From positions 23,064,001-23,128,000 of the forward strand of contig CAIIXF020000001.1 of NCBI GenBank assembly GCA_903813345.2: a stretch of DNA of 64,000 bases. Reading direction: 5' to 3'. Shown here piece by piece: positions 25,701 through 38,651 of this stretch (position 1 is the first letter of the stretch; each line of letters begins with the position of its first letter). Under the pieces are notes generated by a model. That model searched no databases. It was not told the DNA's origin and saw only the letters and a list, made by a program, of their open reading frames with translations. Made by a program: the position numbers and the translations under genes. Source of the stretch: Owenia fusiformis. Lineage: Eukaryota.

Positions 25701-28700
25701 AGGCAGGGTTTTTCACTTCATTCTCAACATAAGACAAGGTTTTTCACTTCATTCTCAACATTAGGCAGGGTTTTTCACTTCATTCTCAACATAAGACAAG
25801 GTTTTTCACTTCATTCTCAACATTAGGCTAGATTTTTCACTTCATTTTCAACATAAGGCAAGGTTTTTCACTTCATTCTCAACATTAGGCTAGATTTTTC
25901 ACTTCATTCTCAACATAAGACAAGGTTTTTCACTTCATTCTCAACATTAGGCAGGGTTTTTCACTTCATTCTCAACATAAGACAAGGTTTTTCACTTCAT
26001 TCTCAACATTAGGCTAGATTTTTCACTTCATTTTCAACATAAGGCAAGGTTTTTCACTTCATTCTCAACATTAGGCAAGGTTTTTCACTTCATTCTCAAC
26101 ATTGGGCAAGGTTTTTCACTTCATTCTCAATAATAGGCAAGAGTTTTCATCTCATTCTCAATAATAGGCAAGGCTTAACTCTTAGTTCTAAACATTAGGA
26201 AAAGGTTTTCTCTTCATTTCCCAACAGTATTAACAACACTTCTATAACAGATTGATTTCAGTATAACTCCTAAATAAATATGAGTAAATGTTCCCAAATC
26301 ATACCTGAATAGAATGCCCTTATTTAAACTTTTAACTCTTAGCATTTGAGCTTATCAGTTCAATTGTTGAGTGTAGGATGACAAGATTTTGTTACAGAAA
26401 TACAGGATATTTAGGATAAACATCCTATCAATTACTCCTAATTAATCAAATGATATGTTGAACAAATAAAATTTTGTATAACCCAAGTGGTTTGATCTTC
26501 ACATGTAGTTTTTGTATTCATGATAACATCTTTAATTTTGTATTTGAATCAACTTTTCATTTTTGATCAACAGGATAAAGTTGAAACAACTTAAGTTTTG
26601 CATCAGAATCAGAAACTTTGCAAAAGAATAGATGTCAAATTTATGAACATTTTTATATGGATTCATTTCTGGATAACAATCAATTTCATGCATGATTGCA
26701 TAATACTTAACATAACTTGTTAGGTTTAAACTCTGTATGACCCATGTGGGCTATTCTTAATTGAGCAGAATTACAGTTTTGGCAGGATTACAATTACTTA
26801 AGCTTAACTATTTGGACCTTTAAATCCCAAGGTTTCAGCATTGTTATAAGGTGCCCTATTAATCTAAAAAGTAGATCAATCCAATATTTTTACATTACAT
26901 GTGTGCACAATTGCTGAGATCAATCAACAATCATTCATTCATTTCAATTGAATTAATTTGAATCAAATAAAAGAAAATCTCCATGGATATAAGACCTTTT
27001 ATGCCATTTTAGAAATATCCTGTTATTTCATTTTCAAAGTGGCTTTCATGATTACTTTTCATTGTTTGCAAATTTTGAATTCGTCTTAACTGTTACATAA
27101 ATAGGATTAATACCTGGGTTTGTATGCATTGATCTTATATGTTTATCAAGTTTCTATGGATTCTAAACTTTAAATAGCTCCACATTACACTTGGTGTATG
27201 CACAATGTACATGTATATTTAGAATAAGTAAATATGTACATGTACATTTAGTTTGCATTCAAAGTCTATCACATCTCATTCTTTTCATGAGGAGTTCTGT
27301 TTCTATTTGATCCTTTGAATGGAATCTAAGAATAAAATCATAAAAGACTGTAAATTTTTGAAAATCTTGTTAATTTTGTCTGCTATTTGTTTTGCTTAGA
27401 GGGTTCCGATTAGCATCCCGTATAAAAACAATATGGCGGCTCTAGGCGAATCAACTGGATCAGTCCATTTTTAAGAAATAAGGGGAGTTCTGTAAAATCC
27501 AGTTTATTGAAATTGTCTTTGAGATAAAGTAATCCGTTTATAATGATTTTGAAAACGTTATCCAAAGAGTGATTGCGTTCAAAGAATACATGTACAACAG
27601 CTAAAATCCTTGCATTAGAAACCGGATTGTCTTGCTTTGTTTCATTTGTAAGATATTTCATATGCCAAGTTGTGTGCTATTACGTTATGGGGAAATTTAG
27701 ATGCCAATTTTTCCTTATTATACACAAATAGATGATCCTGAAATTTCGCCCATAAATGTGGAATTGATTTGTCAAAATAAAAATCACCCTTTTATAAATG
27801 TGTGACGATCTATAATATACTTATGCTATATAACAGTTAGAGGTGTTGACACAACGACCTCAAACCTGTGAACCCTTGAGTATTATTCCGGGATCGGGCC
27901 TTTTATACTAAACGGTGAGCAACACCAGAAACGAGCGTTCGATTTGCTAAACGATATGCGTCACCCTTTAAAACACATTTTGAAACTGGTGTATTTTTAA
28001 CAATTCTCCCACATTGTGGCGATTTTTTCAGAAGAACACAATTTTATTTTTCGTGATTGAATTTTTGATATGAAGTAAATACCCTCTAACCTTAAATTTA
28101 ACTGTGGCTCGGATTTGTTAACATACATGTATTTTTGATAAAAAAGAGAGGAATTTGATTTGATGTGAAAATAGTTCAATTGGTATATCCATGCTAGAAA
28201 GTTTTGCATGCTATTCTCTGGATGAGTTTGTCACTATTTATCACAATTTCATCAGTATTCTAAAATGAGGGCTGCTTGTTGTCATACTTATGGAGGGGGG
28301 TGTATATCAACACCACTGAAATACTAGGGCTTTAAACCGACCCACGAGAGCCTGAAAGACCTTAAATAATTGTTTCAAATTTTTCTTCTTCAGGTGCTAG
28401 ATTTGAACAAAGCAGCAGAATATTTAGATGTCCAAAAGCGGAGAATATATGATATTACTAATGTACTGGAGGGAATCAACCTGATAGTGAAAAAATCAAA
28501 AAATAATATACAATGGAAGTAAGTGAAACATTTTAGTTATACAAACATAAGTTATATTATTGTTCTGCACATGTAACCTCGTATGTCCATTTTCGTATAG
28601 TGTGCTGGGGATTTGTTTTTTGGAGCAACTCATCTATTTATCAAATGTTAAATGTGAAATCAAGGGAAGGGAGGTATATCGATGGTAAAGTTCAGAAGCT

Positions 28701-31700
28701 TATATTATTGCAATATGAAAAGTGTAATATGGATAAAATGTAAACGGTGTCTCTAATTAGTCCAGTTAAATATTATATGGACAATGTTTGCTTTTGCTTG
28801 AGTTAATGTTTAATAGATAACTTTTAAGAAATATCCTTCACGTTAACGTAAATGACCTACTTATACTGCCTCCTAAGGCTAGGATATTTAGTAGATTTGG
28901 TTTTCATATCCCTCCTTATAGTACTCACATTATTTTTATTAGAGATAAAAGATTGACCCGTATCCTTTCTTGGCCTAACCTAAGGGTCTTATCAATGTAA
29001 AGTATTTCAATCAACAATCTTCGAACCTAAAATCAAACAAACTTACATAACAATGCCCCATATCACCTTTTATGATCACTTACTTAAATGGTTAATTAAA
29101 CACTCCCCTCCTCGTATAGGCCAGTATTTTTAGTTCAACATGAAGCTTTGACTAGTGTGAAATCATGGTGACCAAGGTATCATTTTTACCCTTGGTGGCC
29201 ATAATATGCCTGGCTGCGTATGAAGCTCCAAGGAAAATTTTTTATGTACTTAACCAAGTGAAAAGGGCACAGTAATATCTGAGAGATGTTACACACAAGT
29301 TCTCCAAAACGTGTGTCACATAACCTCTTTGTTGGTAATTGTTTTCATAAATTCCCATCACCTATACATGCTATCCCACATTGTTAATGGTTGAATAAAT
29401 ATCCCCAACCTGTACAGAGTGAGCCACATTATTAACATTTGATGTATTAATGTTTCAGAGGTGGAAGCAGTGTCACACCATTAGGAACCCAATCTGTAGG
29501 AGTCAGTGCCCAACATGTAGATCTGCACTCAGGTTAGCGATAAGGCCTTAGTTTGTTCTAAGTTACATTTCTGAATTAAAGGTATCTACAGAGTGAGATC
29601 CAAACCAAACCTAATTTTGGAATTGCTATATATGTTTGACTATTGTTTGTTCCACTCATGAAATTTCAAGAAGAGTCCACCATAATCGAGAGTTGTTTCA
29701 AAATTAATGGGTTGCATTTTTGGGGTCACCTTGTATTTTTTTTCACCAGGGGCCGTGAATTCGTACGATCCCCAATCCAATCCAGATAAATTTTATCTTC
29801 TGGGATAAATCTTGGATTACTAATCCGGATTATGATTTGGTGAATTCGTACGATCCGAGGATTATTAGGGGGAATCCCCAAGATTTATCCAATTTGCATT
29901 GGAATTCGGATAAAATTTATCCAAAAAGTAATCCACCTCAAGAGGTGGATTGAGATTTATCCTGAGATTAATCCGAGGATCGTACGAATTCACCGATTTT
30001 TGGATAAATTCTTGGATTAATCCCACAATGCATCATTACCATGACGAAATTTATCCGGATCGGATCGCGGATCGTACGAATTCACCGGCCCAGATTTTTC
30101 AACATTGCAAATCCACCAATTTTGTCAATATTACAAGTAGCCGCCAAATGTTCAAAACAGCTATACCCCAAAATAAGTAGCACCAAATTAAGTAGAAGTA
30201 CAGCAATTGTCTTGATTTTGTTAATACAATACATAATATAGCTTCTATATTATGACAAAGCTTTCTATGATCAAAAATATTTTCTACTATTTATAGATAT
30301 AGCTGACCTTGAAGCAAAAGAGAATAAAGTGGATGAGTTGATCCGTAACTGTAGCCTTCAGTTAAAGATGCTTACGGAAGATGAAGAAAATGCCAAAGCT
30401 GCGTACGTCACATATACAGATATACGTGGAATACAGTCATTTGAAGAACAGACTGTTGTCGCCATTAAAGCTCCCCCAGAGACCAAACTAGAAGTCCCAG
30501 ACCCCTCAGATGTACGTATTTCAAAAATTATTTATATCTAATGCAGTGTTTGACTTATACACCAGACCGACAGATACTGGCGGTCTGATTCTTTTAGGGG
30601 TAGGCAAGTTTCACCTACCCTTTCTGGCTACATTTCAGGGGTATTATATAGATGAACATACTAATGCCACAATTGCCTTTGTTTGTCAAGGATAAAATAT
30701 TTAAGTTCAGGGTGGCTAAAGGATGTTTGCTATACCATGTAATATTAAAGTTGGAAAGCCAACACATTTTCCCAATGTTACTGATATTGTATCATTGGAA
30801 AGCTAACACATTGCTCCTGATGCTACTGATATTGTATCATTGGAAAGCTAAGGCATTGATCTTGATGTTACTGATGTTGTATCATTGGAAAGCTAACACA
30901 TTGATCTTCATGTTACTGGTATTGTATCATTGGAAAGCTAACACATTGATCTTGATGTTACTGATATTGTATCATCGGAAAGCTAAGGCATTGATCTTGA
31001 TGTTACTGATTTTGTATCATTGGAAAGCTAACACATTGATCTTGATGTTACTGATATTGTATCATTGGAAAGCTAACACATTTTTCTGTTGTTACAGAGT
31101 ATACAGATCTGGTTGAAAAGCACTCAAGGTCAAATAGAGGTGTACTTATGTCCAGAGGATGGTACTCCACAAAATAGCGGGACAGAAGACAACTCCAACA
31201 GTTCATTTAGCTCAGAAGATTCCACAGATAGCTACAAAGGTGAGTATCTACATGAGAACATAAAGGAACTAATTTGATCATTTGTTTTATGTAAGCTTTG
31301 AGCTTTCAAACTGCATTTTAGCATTAGGTTCTAGACTTAACATTTCTGCAAAAAACTCTCGTTACAAACAGACATGAGCCTGGCCATGGGAAAACCGGTC
31401 TTATCACAAAAATTAAAATTGTGCTACAGAGCCAAATATGTGCCCAAGATTAAGAGGAAAATGTGCTAAATTAAAATCCGACTTTTTGGTCTAAATATGC
31501 AAGGAAAAATCGTTAAGTCATAAGTCATGGCTCATTTGAAAGGTCTTTTTGTGCTTTTTAAGATTAACAACAACAAAAAACATTGAAAAATCTGTGATAA
31601 GACCCCTTTTCCTGTGTTTTCTCAGCTGTAGCTGTTAACCGCAAAAACCTGCATGATTATGAACAATCATACACTTTGATTTACTTGTATATAAAATTAA

Positions 31701-31970
31701 AGTTAACGATCAATGATAACAATTTCCATTTTATATGTATTTGCAGATGATAAAAGCAAAGTGCGGAATGCCCTCTTGGAGGAACAAGATATATCTCACC
31801 ATATGGACAATCTCCTGCCACAGACTGAGGACCAACACTCAGATTTTGTGCATTTAGAACCACCTTTATCTGAGGAAGACTTTAACTTTGCCCTAGATGC
31901 ACACGCTGAGGGCATATCAGACCTGTTTGATACATATGATATAAAAGATATGAAGAGTCTGGTTGAGTAG
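16777..31970 (+). CDS. E2F3: Activator-class E2F transcription factor (E2F1/2/3 orthologue), ~417 aa
   Basis: Exons 16777-17052, 20698-20803, 25285-25376, 28394-28518, 29459-29532, 30297-30511, 31098-31239, 31747-31970 (1254 nt, in frame). Motifs: [16 protein letters not shown] (cyclin A RxL), [16 protein letters not shown] and [15 protein letters not shown] (DNA-binding domain), AYVTYTDI...AIKAPPET (dimerisation/marked box), [18 protein letters not shown] (Rb binding). The symbol is the closest vertebrate label; the gene is probably co-orthologous to E2F1/2/3. Confidence 0.95.
18509..18715. mobile_element. hAT-like MITE
   Basis: Perfect 16-bp TIR caggcccgtagccagg and perfect 8-bp TSD ctccagcc (18501-18508, 18716-18723). 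A decayed relative lies at ~41340-41455. Confidence 0.9.
19157..19330. mobile_element. Short degenerate MITE
   Basis: caggggtttcactag / ctaatgaaagccctg imperfect TIR; aggtg occurs on both flanks. Confidence 0.5.
19486..20355. mobile_element. hAT-like MITE hosting a nested element
   Basis: TIR cagagatcacgatag / ctaccgtgatctctg; flanking direct repeat gtgtcta. Confidence 0.8.
19606..20261. mobile_element. Nested hAT-like non-autonomous element
   Basis: Perfect 14-bp TIR tagaggtgtcacgg / ccgtgacacctcta; 8-bp TSD attcgcaa/attcgcca. Confidence 0.85.
22253..22677. repeat. 142-bp tandem repeat, 3 near-identical copies
   Basis: ttaagaaagttgccatggtatttc starts at 22253, 22395 and 22537. Confidence 0.92.
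24278..24967 (+). CDS. Putative alternative E2F coding exon (cassette 24278-24967, or alternative first exon from ATG 24295)
   Basis: Lies in the longest ORF of the window (24226-24996), non-repetitive. Acceptor ttttctacactttgatcgtgtag| at 24277, ATG in ACAATGG context at 24295, donor CATG|gtatga after 24967. Both junctions are phase 1, matching the flanking E2F exons. Confidence 0.65.
25400..26175. repeat. 31-bp minisatellite, ~25 copies, just after an E2F donor site
   Basis: Unit aggtttttcacttcattctcaacattaggca, with recurring higher-order variants. Confidence 0.93.
27400..27967. mobile_element. ~570-bp Kolobok/T2-like MITE (TTAA target)
   Basis: Ends agggt...accct followed by ttaa (left flank ttag). 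Near-identical copies at 50455-51026 and 55928-56499 have ttaa on both sides; truncated copy 54321-54465. Confidence 0.8.
29750..30090. mobile_element. Palindromic PIF/Harbinger-like MITE
   Basis: TIR gggccgtgaattcgtacgatcc / ggatcgtacgaattcaccggcc with 3-bp flanks cag/cag; a second internal inverted pair of the gaattcgtacgatcc motif. Confidence 0.75.
30745..31082. repeat. 45-bp minisatellite, ~7 copies, just before an E2F acceptor
   Basis: Unit atgttactgatattgtatcattggaaagctaacacattgatcttg. Confidence 0.92.
31373..31617. mobile_element. Degenerate TIR element
   Basis: ggaaaaccggtcttatcaca ... tgtgataagaccccttttcc imperfect inverted ends. Confidence 0.45.
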
Positions 31971-32209
31971 CAGGTTTGGGTGGGGTTGTTGAAATAGGGT
32001 ATTTATATGAGTATAAATTAAAAGTAACTACAGTGTCTTTGCATTGGATCTCGCATTGTGCCATGAGGGCTGTAATGTACTCTCTGTACACTGGTATATA
32101 CTTCCAGTACACCAGCATGCTATTCATACACCAGTATGTCACTACAGTAGCCTGCTTCTGGTTTATCGAGACATGTTACCTGTGTGCCAGGATATTACTT
32201 CTACTTCAG

Positions 32210-32487
32210 TATGTTACTAGTACACCTTCATGTTACCAGTACACCAGCATGTTACCAGTACACCAGGATGTTACCAGTACACCAGCATGCTACCAGTACA
32301 CCAGCATGTTACTAGTACAGCAGGATGTTACCAGTTCACCAGCATGCTACCAGTACACCAGCATGTTAACGGTACACCAGCATGTTACCAGTACACCAGC
32401 ATGCTACCAGTACACCAGCATGCTACCAGTACACCAGCATGCTACCAGTACACCAGCATGTTACCAGACACCAGCATGTTACCAGTA
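32210..32487. repeat. 19-bp minisatellite in the E2F 3' UTR
   Basis: Unit ccagtacaccagcatgtta, ~14 copies, with degenerate copies from ~32100. Confidence 0.9.
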
Positions 32488-33890
32488 TACCTGATGGTTC
32501 AAATAATAGCTGGAGTTTGAAAGTTAACAACAATGTTCAGTTATAGAATTTATTTACAACAATTAGAGCCTAACTTTGTATGGGGCCAATATTTTCTGTT
32601 TTGGTGTTTAAAGTTATGTTCTTTCCAATGATCTATACATGTAAAGTTTGCGTGATCAATGAAAATTATTAAATGGTATGATCTAATGGTCAAAGGAATG
32701 CTGTAGACTTGGACCATATTATTCTATACTTACATGTGTATGGTGCAAGTATAGCAAAATACCAATGGGGTTATGTCAAAAAGTTCTCCCATGTACCTGC
32801 TAATCAAAATAAGCATTTGTACAGATATCAATATGAAAGGGGTATTTTGTTTAACTGTTACATGGGGGTGATAATATGCTCAAAACATGTAAAACGTTAT
32901 GTTATAAGCATACAGATAATATAACTATATATATATATATTTAGACCAGAGTCTTATTATTTATAGATCCATTACTACTACTTTATTTCATACGGAAATT
33001 TATAATTACAAGTACTCTCAAAATATGTAATAGAAATTTTTAGCACTCATTTTGTAAATGTTGCATGTACACTGTACATAGCTGAACTTCTGTGTCCTTA
33101 AACAAATAGTTAATAGTATATTTATTTATTATTTAAGTATCCAGCCATTGCTAATGATGAGAAGTGCTTTCTAAATGAGAAAAAACTATGTTTAATTGAA
33201 AAAACGAAATTGATTGCAAAATGATTGAGTGGTAAAAATATGCGCTTTGATTTTTTTATTCAGCCATTTGCCAATTTTTGAGATTTTGGTCCTTTTGTAG
33301 AGTTATCAGAGAGAGAGGTTTTTGATATACTGAAAATAATAAAAACTAAAAATACTTTTTAAATTCCATTTGGTGGCCCTGATATAGTGAATCTTATTTC
33401 CAGTTCAATTCTATTTATTGTGATGTCATTTTTTCTAATTTTAAATTACCTAAGGTAACAAACATTAGAATTAAAGATTTGTTCTTAAGTTTGTATGATT
33501 TCAAATGACATTTTCAAAAATTTTGCGAAGTTATTTTTCAATACCATTCTGTTTTTTTACATTATTTAGTGTATACTTTAATTCATAGATGTTGTTAATA
33601 GAGGGTGAGTGTCTAGAAAATTTTGATGTTTTCATGAAGAATTCAATATTTATGAAAGATTTCAACGTGCTAGTTTTGAATAGATTTGTGTTGTAAAGTA
33701 GTTGTTTGAAATATTGTCAACTACAAGCTGGGTTTGGGAGAACACTTTTCGTTACCATCCAGTAGAAAACAAATATTTATGTTAATTCCATCGTTTTTTT
33801 ATAGTTGGACATGATAGGGCACCTTGTTTGACTTCAACAGTGCCACTATGCTTATACAATAGCTGCAAATACTGTGTGCTAATCAATCAT

Positions 33891-34009
33891 TTTTATGTCA
33901 CTACCAAAAGTGGTATATTATTACTGTCTCCAACTTTTGTGATAGAGTCTGATTGTCGATGTCTGTAACAAATGGCAGGTTGTGACATTTTGCATGTTAA
34001 TGTCTTGTT
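33891..34009 (+). mobile_element. Short HINE-like family A copy in the E2F 3' UTR
   Basis: ttttatgtcactaccaaaagtggt ... gtctgtaacaaatggcaggttgtgacattttgcatgttaatgtcttgtt. Confidence 0.65.
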
Positions 34010-34560
34010 TAATTATGCCCTACATGTCTTGTTCATTCATGATAGTGAAATTATTTGATGTTTAGAAGCAACTGAATAATTTCACTTAAAATATGCACTT
34101 TAATGTAATATTGCAAATGTGGGTCAAGTTCTGTTTATGGAATTTTTGTACGATGTGGTCACAAGACTAGACATATGTTTTTTATTTAAGAGACTAGGAG
34201 TAGTAAGTTAGGGTCATATGTCGCACCCAGCATACATGTATTTTCCTTTAATTTGTGTCATTTTGAATTCAGTTTAATATGTCATTAGCTAAAGTAAAAC
34301 TTGTCTATTGTAAAATTATTGCCAACTAATTTTTAATTAATGCATGTAAGAGATGTACTGTGACTCTGTAATATTGTTCTATGCAGAGAATGTGCTGAAA
34401 ATATGCTCAATATATATTTTCTATGCAATGTTTCTATGATTTTGGTTCAAGTTCAATATGTCTCTAAAGCATCATGAAGTATCAATGTAGTGACCTGCTT
34501 CTACAATGGAGTATTGAGGCATGTACTTTACATGAAGATATTTGTATACTATTTTATTGA

Positions 34561-34578
34561 AATAAAAAAGTTAATAAA
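34561..34578 (+). terminator. Probable E2F polyadenylation signals
   Basis: Tandem AATAAA at 34561 and 34573 after a ~2.6-kb AU-rich UTR-like tract. Confidence 0.45.
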
Positions 34579-35335
34579 AATATTGAAGATTACTATATTG
34601 AATTATTTTCTTTTGAATAATGAATAAATTGTAATGGAATCTCAAGACTTTTACAGTATTACAACCAGCGGGAAGATCTTGAATTCAGCATCTGAAAATA
34701 TTCCGATATAAAAATCTATTGATTAAAGGTCTTCAAGATATTTGAAGCCGTGTAAGTCTTAGAATTTTGAAATGTTTAGAAAATTCATACAATAGAGATC
34801 TATAAGAAATATGACCGGACCTAAAATATCTCAAAAATCATGGGACGATTTTCAAGAGACTAGATTACAATAGATTATTGCACAACATTCTGACACATAG
34901 CATCTAAAAAAACCTGTCTGTCTTTAGTTGCTCTGATTTTCTGTGCCAATCCTGCTGATCGAGTAGGCGGGCTTCCCATAAAAAAAGTTGACATACTTTT
35001 AAAAATAAAATGCCTTTGTGTTTCCTTAAATTCTCAATATTTTATATGATGATCATTTCTAATGTTATAAGAATTCATTTGTACGAACAACACCGTTGCT
35101 ATGCAGTTTATTGAGAATTTCTTTTAATAATTGATGTTTAAATCACGTGTTTGTTACAACAAATTTGATTCATCCGTTGACTTCACCAATTCTAAATCGA
35201 AAGTGCCCTATACTAAATTCCATGGCGATCTATGATGCAAGAAGATAGGGCCATGGTATACCATGATGATTGCACAAGATAAACCAAGTGCTGATCTGAG
35301 ATTTCATTAAGGTAAATTAAATGTATTTCTTCCAA

Positions 35336-36710
35336 CTACATTAAGGAAGACCTACATGTAGTATACATCTCAGACTACATTAAGGTAGACCTAGTATACA
35401 TCTCAGACTACATTAAGGTAGACCTAGTGTACATTTCAGACTACATTAAGGTAGACCTAGTGTACATTTCAGACTACATTAAGGTAGACCTAGTGTATAT
35501 CTCAACCCACATTAAGGTAGACCTAGCGTACATTTCAGATTACATTAAGGTAGACCTAGTGTACATCTCAACCCACATTAAGGTAGACCTAGTGTACATC
35601 TCAACCCACATTAAGGTAGACCTAGTGTACATCTCAGACTACATTAAGGTAGACCTAGTGTACATTTCAGACTACATTAAGGTAGACCTAGTGTACATTT
35701 CAGACTACATTAAGGTAGACCTAGTATACATCTCAGACTACATTAAGGTAGACCTAGTATACATCTCAGTCTACATTAAGGTAGACCTAGTGTACATCTC
35801 AGACTACATTAAGGTAGACCTAGTGTACATCTCGAACTACATTAAGGTAGACCTAATGTACATCTCAACCCAGATAAGGTAGACCTAGTGTACATCTCAA
35901 ACTACGTTAAGGTAGACCTAGTGTACATCTCAACCCACATTAAGGTAGACCTAGTATACATTTCAGACTACATTAAGGTAGACCTAGTGTACATCTCAGA
36001 CTACATTAAGGTAGACCTAGTGTACATCTCAACCGACATTAAGGTACACCTAGCGTACATTTCAGACTACATTAAGGCAGGCCTAGTGTACATCTCAGAC
36101 TACGTTAAGGTACACCTAGCGTATATTTCAGACTACATTAAGGTAGACCTAGTATACATCTCAGACTACATTAAGGTAGACCTAGTATACATCTCACCTA
36201 CATTAAGGTAGACCTCGTGTTCATTTCAGACTACATTAAGGTAGACCTAGTGTACATCTCGAACTACATTAAGGTAGACCTAGTGTACATCTCAACCCAG
36301 ATAAGGTAGACCTAGTGTACATCTCAAACTACATTAAGGTAGACCTAGTGTACATCTCAACCCACATTAAGGTAGACCTAGCGTACATTTCAGACTACAT
36401 TAAGGTAGACCTAGTGTACATCTCAAACTACATTAAGGTAGACCTAGTGTACATCTCAACCCACATTAAGGTAGACCTAGCGTACATTTCAGACTACATT
36501 AAGGTAGACCTAGTGTACATCTCAACCCACATTAAGGTAGACCTAGTGTACATTTCAGACTACATTAAGGTAGACCTAGTGTACATCTCAACCCACATTA
36601 AGGTAGACCTAGCGTACATTTCAGACTACATTAAGGTAGACCTAGTGTACATCTCAACCCACATTAAGGTAGACCTAGTGTACATTTCAGACTACATTAG
36701 GTAGGCCTAG
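35336..36710. repeat. 33-bp satellite array (~41 copies) between the convergent E2F and GPLD1 3' ends
   Basis: Unit ctacattaaggtagacctagtgtacatctcaga; explains the spurious YIKVDLVYISD ORFs. Confidence 0.95.
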
Positions 36711-37604
36711 TCTAGTGTTTATCAGAAACTACATCATTCTGTAGATGTTAACATATGTAAAAAGGCATTGTTTGTATACAAATATGTGTTTATTTCATTT
36801 TAAAAATAAATTAAAAATACAGATAATTACACATTATAACAAAACTTCCAAACTCCGCCAGTTCAGTTAAACATACATGTTATATTCGCTCACATATTGC
36901 ACTATCACAGTAAGAAAAATATAATTACATACAGTAAAACTTGTCTAATCTGAATGCCCTTTGGACTGGCAACAATCATTAAGGGACTGGCTAAAAGCAT
37001 TAAGGGATTTTGTATAATACCAAGATATTTTATAAAGAGTATTCAATGACATGTTAAACAGTTCTTTTCCTAATGTTCATGGTTCTTCAAATTCCAAGGT
37101 ACTTTACTAAATTAGTATGGGAGTCAATGGGAGAAGAAACAGGAACAGAAGGTTGTTCAAATTGGGACTTGGGAGGTGTTCGGATTAGTCAAGTGTTCAG
37201 ATATACAGGTTTTACTGTAGACTACTTTTTGAGCATTCCTAAGGAGGTATCAGATCCCTAGTACTAAAATACATTCAAACATGGTAACATTGTAAAATAT
37301 GCATATAAATGAATTATTCTTGATAATCTTAAATAATACTCATATTAGCCTTATTATAAAATTCTGACTACTACACGGTACAATACAATATAATGAACTC
37401 ATTTCATCTAAGACAAGAACCGCAATTATTGCACAAGTGTCTCCAAGGGTAATGGATTGTCTACATATGAGAACAGTGTATACATTTAGTAATTATCTAT
37501 ATATCACTCAGCTCAACAGAGAACCAGCTCTTTTGAAATGAGAATATTGCTATATAATACTTATGCAATTAATATAACATTTACATATGATTCCAAAATG
37601 GTAT

Positions 37605-38651
37605 ACTAGAAGCAAAGCAACATGAATGAGTATACTTGAATAACACAAGACATGACTGGTCCAAGGTTGCAATGTAAGATTGATGTTCCATCAGTTGCAA
37701 TGGAAATGAGTATCTTGCCCAAAGACTGCTATGAGAGATTGACACTCAAATGGTTGCTATGGAAATGAGTATATTTGCATAACAACAGGCATGCCTGCTC
37801 CAAGATTTCTGTAAGATTGACATCTATATGGTTGCTATGGAAATGAGTATACTTGTATGAGAACAAGTGTGCCTGCTTCAAGATTGCTATCTAATGTAAG
37901 ATTGACACAAGTATACTTATATAACACCAAGCATGCCTGCTCCAAGGCTACATTACTAGAAGCAACAAAGCAACATGAATGAGTATACTTGAATAACAAA
38001 AGACATGACTGGTCCAAGGTTGCAATGTAAGATTGATGTTCCATCAGTTGCTATGGAAATGAGTATCTTGCCCAAAGACTGCTATGTGAGATTGACACTC
38101 AAATGGTTGCTATGGAAATGAGTATACTTGCACAACAACAAGCATGCCTGCTGCTCCAAGATTCCTGTAAGATTGACATCTATATGGTTGCTATGGAAAT
38201 GAGTATACTTGCACAACAACAAGCATGCCTGCTGCTACAAGATTCCTGTAAGATTGACATCTATATGGTTGCTATGGAAATGAGTATACTTGCACAACAA
38301 CAACAAGCCTGTTGCTCCAAGTTTGCAATGTAAGATTGACACTCCGACATTTACTATGGAATTGAGTATATTTGCATGACAAGTGTACCTGCTCCGAAGA
38401 CTGCTATCTCGTAATGTAAGATTGACACAAGTAAACTTGTATAACACCAAGCATGCCTGCTCCAAGACTACATTGTAAGATTGACACTCCGACTATGGAA
38501 TTGAGTATACTTGTGTGAGAACAGATGTGCCTGCTCCAAGACTGCTATGTAAGACTGACGCTGCAACAGTTGCCATGGGAATGAGTATACTTGCATGACA
38601 ACAGGCATGCCTGCTTCAAGACTTGTAAGATTGACACTACTTCAACAGTTG
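37605..38651 (-). repeat. Degenerate ~60-80-bp tandem array derived from the GPLD1 terminal exon
   Basis: Minus-strand unit gtgtcaatcttaca..gtcttggagc..gcatg..aagtatactcatttccatagcaac aligns with the coding end gtgtcagccctacatagcagtcttggagctcgcatg..aatatactcattcccatagcaac; ~14 copies. Confidence 0.88.

Noticed and set aside
27410-27661. ORF recurring at 27410, 50465 and 54331
   Set aside because: Lies inside a ~570-bp MITE, starts differ between copies, and there are no transposase motifs.
30652-32520. ORFs 30652-31116, 31976-32494 and 32230-32520
   Set aside because: Translations of the 45-bp and 19-bp minisatellites.
34095-34102. GCACTTT miR-17-family seed match in the E2F 3' UTR
   Set aside because: A single 7-mer is expected by chance (it also occurs in the PDIA6 UTR), and the miR-17 family is not expected in an invertebrate.
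35336-36710. CRISPR-like regular 33-bp periodicity and repeat-protein ORFs (35427, 35888, 36315)
   Set aside because: Head-to-tail units with no unique spacers, no cas genes and a eukaryotic context. The ORFs arise only because the unit length is a multiple of 3.
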